A stretch of DNA of 64,000 nucleotides from Cetorhinus maximus. Its lineage: Eukaryota. Below, in pieces: positions 60,428 to 64,000 of the stretch. The stretch lies in contig NC_135897.1 of NCBI RefSeq assembly GCF_964194155.1, positions 6,696,001 to 6,760,000 of the forward strand, read 5' to 3'. The notes beneath the pieces were generated by a model. That model was given only the letters and a program-made list of their open reading frames with translations, made no database searches and had not been told where the DNA came from. The stretch's first letter is position 1. The number at the start of each line of letters is the position of its first letter. A program made the translations under genes and the position numbers.

Positions 60428-63400
60428 GTGAGATAACCGAGCCAACCTCAGAGGACCTTCACAGAATGAGGTCACTTTAATGCCCACTAGTTCTGACTGT
60501 ATGTGAGTCAGATGAGGTTACACACTACAGGAAGTCTAACAGCAAATGGATCACATAATGAAGGCCAGAAACACATTGGGTTTGATTCCTGACCTTGGTT
60601 GTAGTGCTTCAGGAGGTGCCACAAGTATCTTCTCTATTGTGGGATAATTCAATGCCGTAAGTGGCCTCTGCATCTTGAGATAACTCAATATTCAGAATCT
60701 CCCGCATGATCAAGCAGAGACCACATTCATTCTAATAATCCTTCTAATGGTTAAGAACTAGCTGACTCTTGGGCCTTTCCAATCTGCACATTGTTCACCC
60801 CTTCCAGATGCTAAAAAGAAAGCATGATGTAAAGTCAAATGTGCTATCAAACGATGGCCTGGCTCATTGTGTTCTAAACTTAACCAAAAATTGGTAGCTC
60901 CTTCAATTATACCTTGAATGATTTGCAGCCTAAAGCCTTGAATATTAATGAGATTTATATATTGGTATCAGCATTGTGATCATAACTTCATTAGAACGTG
61001 ATATCTCAGCTGCTCTGAGTTACTATTTCATTAGTTCCCAGGTCAGTTGGCTTAGTGTTCACATGCAAGCTATCACCAACACTAAGAATCTCTGCATTTA
61101 TTCATAACTTATGATCTGCCCTTTAAGAAATAGGAGTAGATTTAGGCCATTTGTTCTTGGAGCCTTCGTGGCCACCATTCTATAAAATCATGGCTGAACT
61201 CCACCTTCCCTGTTATCCTCATATCACTTGATTCCCTTGGTATCCAAATATCTGTCAAACTCTGTCTTGAATATAATCAATGACAGAGATTTCATAGCTC
61301 GCTGGGGTGGAGAATTCCAAAGATTCAGAACCCTTTGAGTGAAGAAGTTCCTCCTCATCTTAGCCCTAAATGGTCAATCCATTATTCTGAGACTGTGACC
61401 CTTATTTCTTGTCCCCCCAGTCAAAAGAAATATCCTTTCAGCATCTACCATTTCAAGCCCTTTCAGAATCTTTTTTCCCTTTGAGATAACCACTCATTCT
61501 TCTAAACTCTAGAGAATATAGGCCGACTCTGTCTCTCGTAAAGGTTAAGTTGAATCATGTGCTGAGTAAATGTCATCAGATCTGTATAAGTATGCAGGTT
61601 ATTGTGAGCTTCAATATATAACAATAAGAACATCACTCAGCATGTTCTTAGCAGAGCGCAAGGGGTCATTGAACTTCGCGCTTGTTTGGCAATCAGATTG
61701 CACATTCGCAAGACTGCGTTTGATATTTTTGTTTGAAGTTCATGTGCCAGTCAATTGTTTGCATCTCCTGTTGAAAGAAGGTATCAGTTCATTGACATTC
61801 AGGAGCTTTGATTTTCTGTCTAGATTGGGTGCCCACTGTACAATTACCAGCCAGTTAATCTTATCTAAATTGATCACTAAACAGAATGAGCGAATAGGGT
61901 CAGAGGATGGCTCCTCTGTACAATTCCCAGGCAATATTAACAAGCTGATCCTGTCACACTGTGACTGTGTCATAGGCCAGTAAGCAAAATGCTTCTTCTG
62001 ACATCTTCATTGAAAACTGCTCTTTTTTTGATTGCGCTGCCCCTTCAAGGTGGCCTCAGCATCTAGGTCAAAAATTCTTCCCTCCAACATTTGGTACTAA
62101 TTTAATATCATTCATTTGCAGTAGGAGCATAAGAACAGAAGAAGGCCATTCAGCCCATTGAGCTTGCCATGCCATCTTGTCAGTACTATATCATTTTATT
62201 CCTGATTTCCCACCCTTTTTTTTAAGTGGGCTGTTCCTTTATCCCACATTCTCACTCAAAAGGAGAATGGATTGTAGATAGGGTTACAACATGTAACACC
62301 AATTATTTGACGTGTCCTCTCTCCCTTAATGCCCATCCTTCCCAAATTTGTATCTCTCCCCTTTTTAAAAGCCCCAGTTTACTTTGTATCGATGGCCTCC
62401 TAGGTCAGTGTGTTCTACATTGTCAGCACTCTGTTAATTATATATTAATTATTTTAAAAATTGTAGGTAGTGGATATAAACTGGTGATTCACTTGTGCCC
62501 GCATAAATAGAAACAGACTGAAACTCTGGTTGCTATGTTGGGAGGTATATGCTTGTAATATGTAACTCTGTAAATAAATGCTTATAGAAGTGTGTAAAGA
62601 TTGGCTCCACTCCTATCCTTCACCACTGGTTTTCTCCAATAGGACACACTCCTGCTAGAGGAAGCATGTCAATCAAGAAATTCTTTCTGTTGCTAAAATG
62701 TCCCTTCACCTGTTTTACCCTGTGACCTCTTGTTCCACTATCTTACCTCACTTAAAGTGGTGGACCTAACCCTGCCCCTTCACCAACTGGCTTTCTGGAT
62801 TATAACATCCCTTGTGAAATTCATCATGAACTTTCTATGTTCTACTTTCTTTAATGGTTCCATTTTAATTATCTGCTACTCCTTCAGAAAGAGGTCCTTA
62901 TACATAATGTTGGAGTAAAGTGGTGGAAGGAACAGGTTTTGAAGCATCCCTGCAAAATTGTAATAAATATTTTGAAGGGATAGAGTTTGGTCCCATTGCA
63001 TGGTAGAATATTCAATGATATGCGGAGGCCAAGTTGTATTTAAGATCGAGAAGGCCATATCTGAAATCTGAATTTACAATTAGCAACCAATGTGTGCAGC
63101 ATTCTGTATGATCGAGACACATACTCAGACACCCAGTGGATTAACAGAAAGTTCAGGTGGGAATCACAATGAGGATATAAGGTGTTGGAACAGTATCCTG
63201 TCAATATAAGTAATAGTTAGTGTTGTATGCCGACCTAATAGTGGCCTTCAAGATCATGAAAGGCTGTGGTAAGTTAAATGACGATACATGGACGGACACA
63301 AACCTAAAATAACAACAAAGAATTGGATAGGAGGTTAGAAAAGGTACTTTACCCAGAGAATAGTTGGCATGTGAAATTCACAAGCAAGTGGAACCCACAC

Positions 63401-64000
63401 ATTATTCTCTAATGGAAATAATATAGTTGCTTGAAAAAGAGGTATATTGAAGAGTGGGATTCATCTAGGTAGCTAATGTGAAGAGAAATAACAGCTTTAA
63501 CTTGATGGGCCAAAAGGCCTGTTTCTGTGCTGCAACATTCTGTCTTCTTTATACGCTCAACCAGATGTGACCAACAAATTTTGATGTATACTGTGTCGTA
63601 TTTGCAAAGCATGTTAAAGAATGCCACAGGTAGTTCAACATTATTTTAATACTTTCTCTATCTTGACCAAGATCTCCCAGTTGGTCATAATGTCATTGGA
63701 AGTGTGAGAGGAAGAACCCTTCCACTCCCAATCTGGTGCCCTGGTCAATTTTCTGGCATCGGAAACACTTGAATAACTTTGGTGGGATCACTCGTCTTCA
63801 CTCTGATCCTGTTTAGAGAAGCTAACCTTGAAAGGTTATCATGGCAACACATGGCCTAAGTGCCACCTGGCAAATTATTTTTTTAAAAAGCGTCTAAGCC
63901 TAAGCAATGGAACGTGAATGTTTATTTAGACATCCCAGTGTTTAACATTAAAATGTCCCCATACCAATAACTCTAATGTCATGGTGATGATGACACCAGG

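Overview
Eukaryotic genomic DNA, most likely from a shark or other cartilaginous fish (inferred from the HE1-SINE/HER1-LINE-like, Deu-domain SINE and CR1/L2/Penelope/Harbinger repeats). The window is the interior of one + strand rootletin-family coiled-coil gene, best matching CROCC2. It has 13 GT-AG exons from 3032 to 60427 that splice in phase into 665 codons with no stop; both ends of the gene lie outside the window. The introns are packed with nested transposable elements: Penelope-like elements with GIY-YIG/RT remnants, inverted pseudo-LTRs and minimal hammerhead-ribozyme motifs; a CR1-clade LINE with a tRNA-derived 5' head; three solo LTRs with exact 4-bp TSDs; Harbinger elements and MITEs with 3-bp TSDs; and CR1, L2 and SINE fragments. 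The most interesting items are a TSD-flanked 74-bp-arm hairpin carrying hammerhead motifs on both strands, the tRNA-headed LINE, and a Harbinger whose transposase position holds an unidentified, possibly spliced ORF. No prokaryotic system, CRISPR array or rRNA is present. Family assignments come from recalled motifs rather than database searches, and repeat boundaries without TSDs are approximate.
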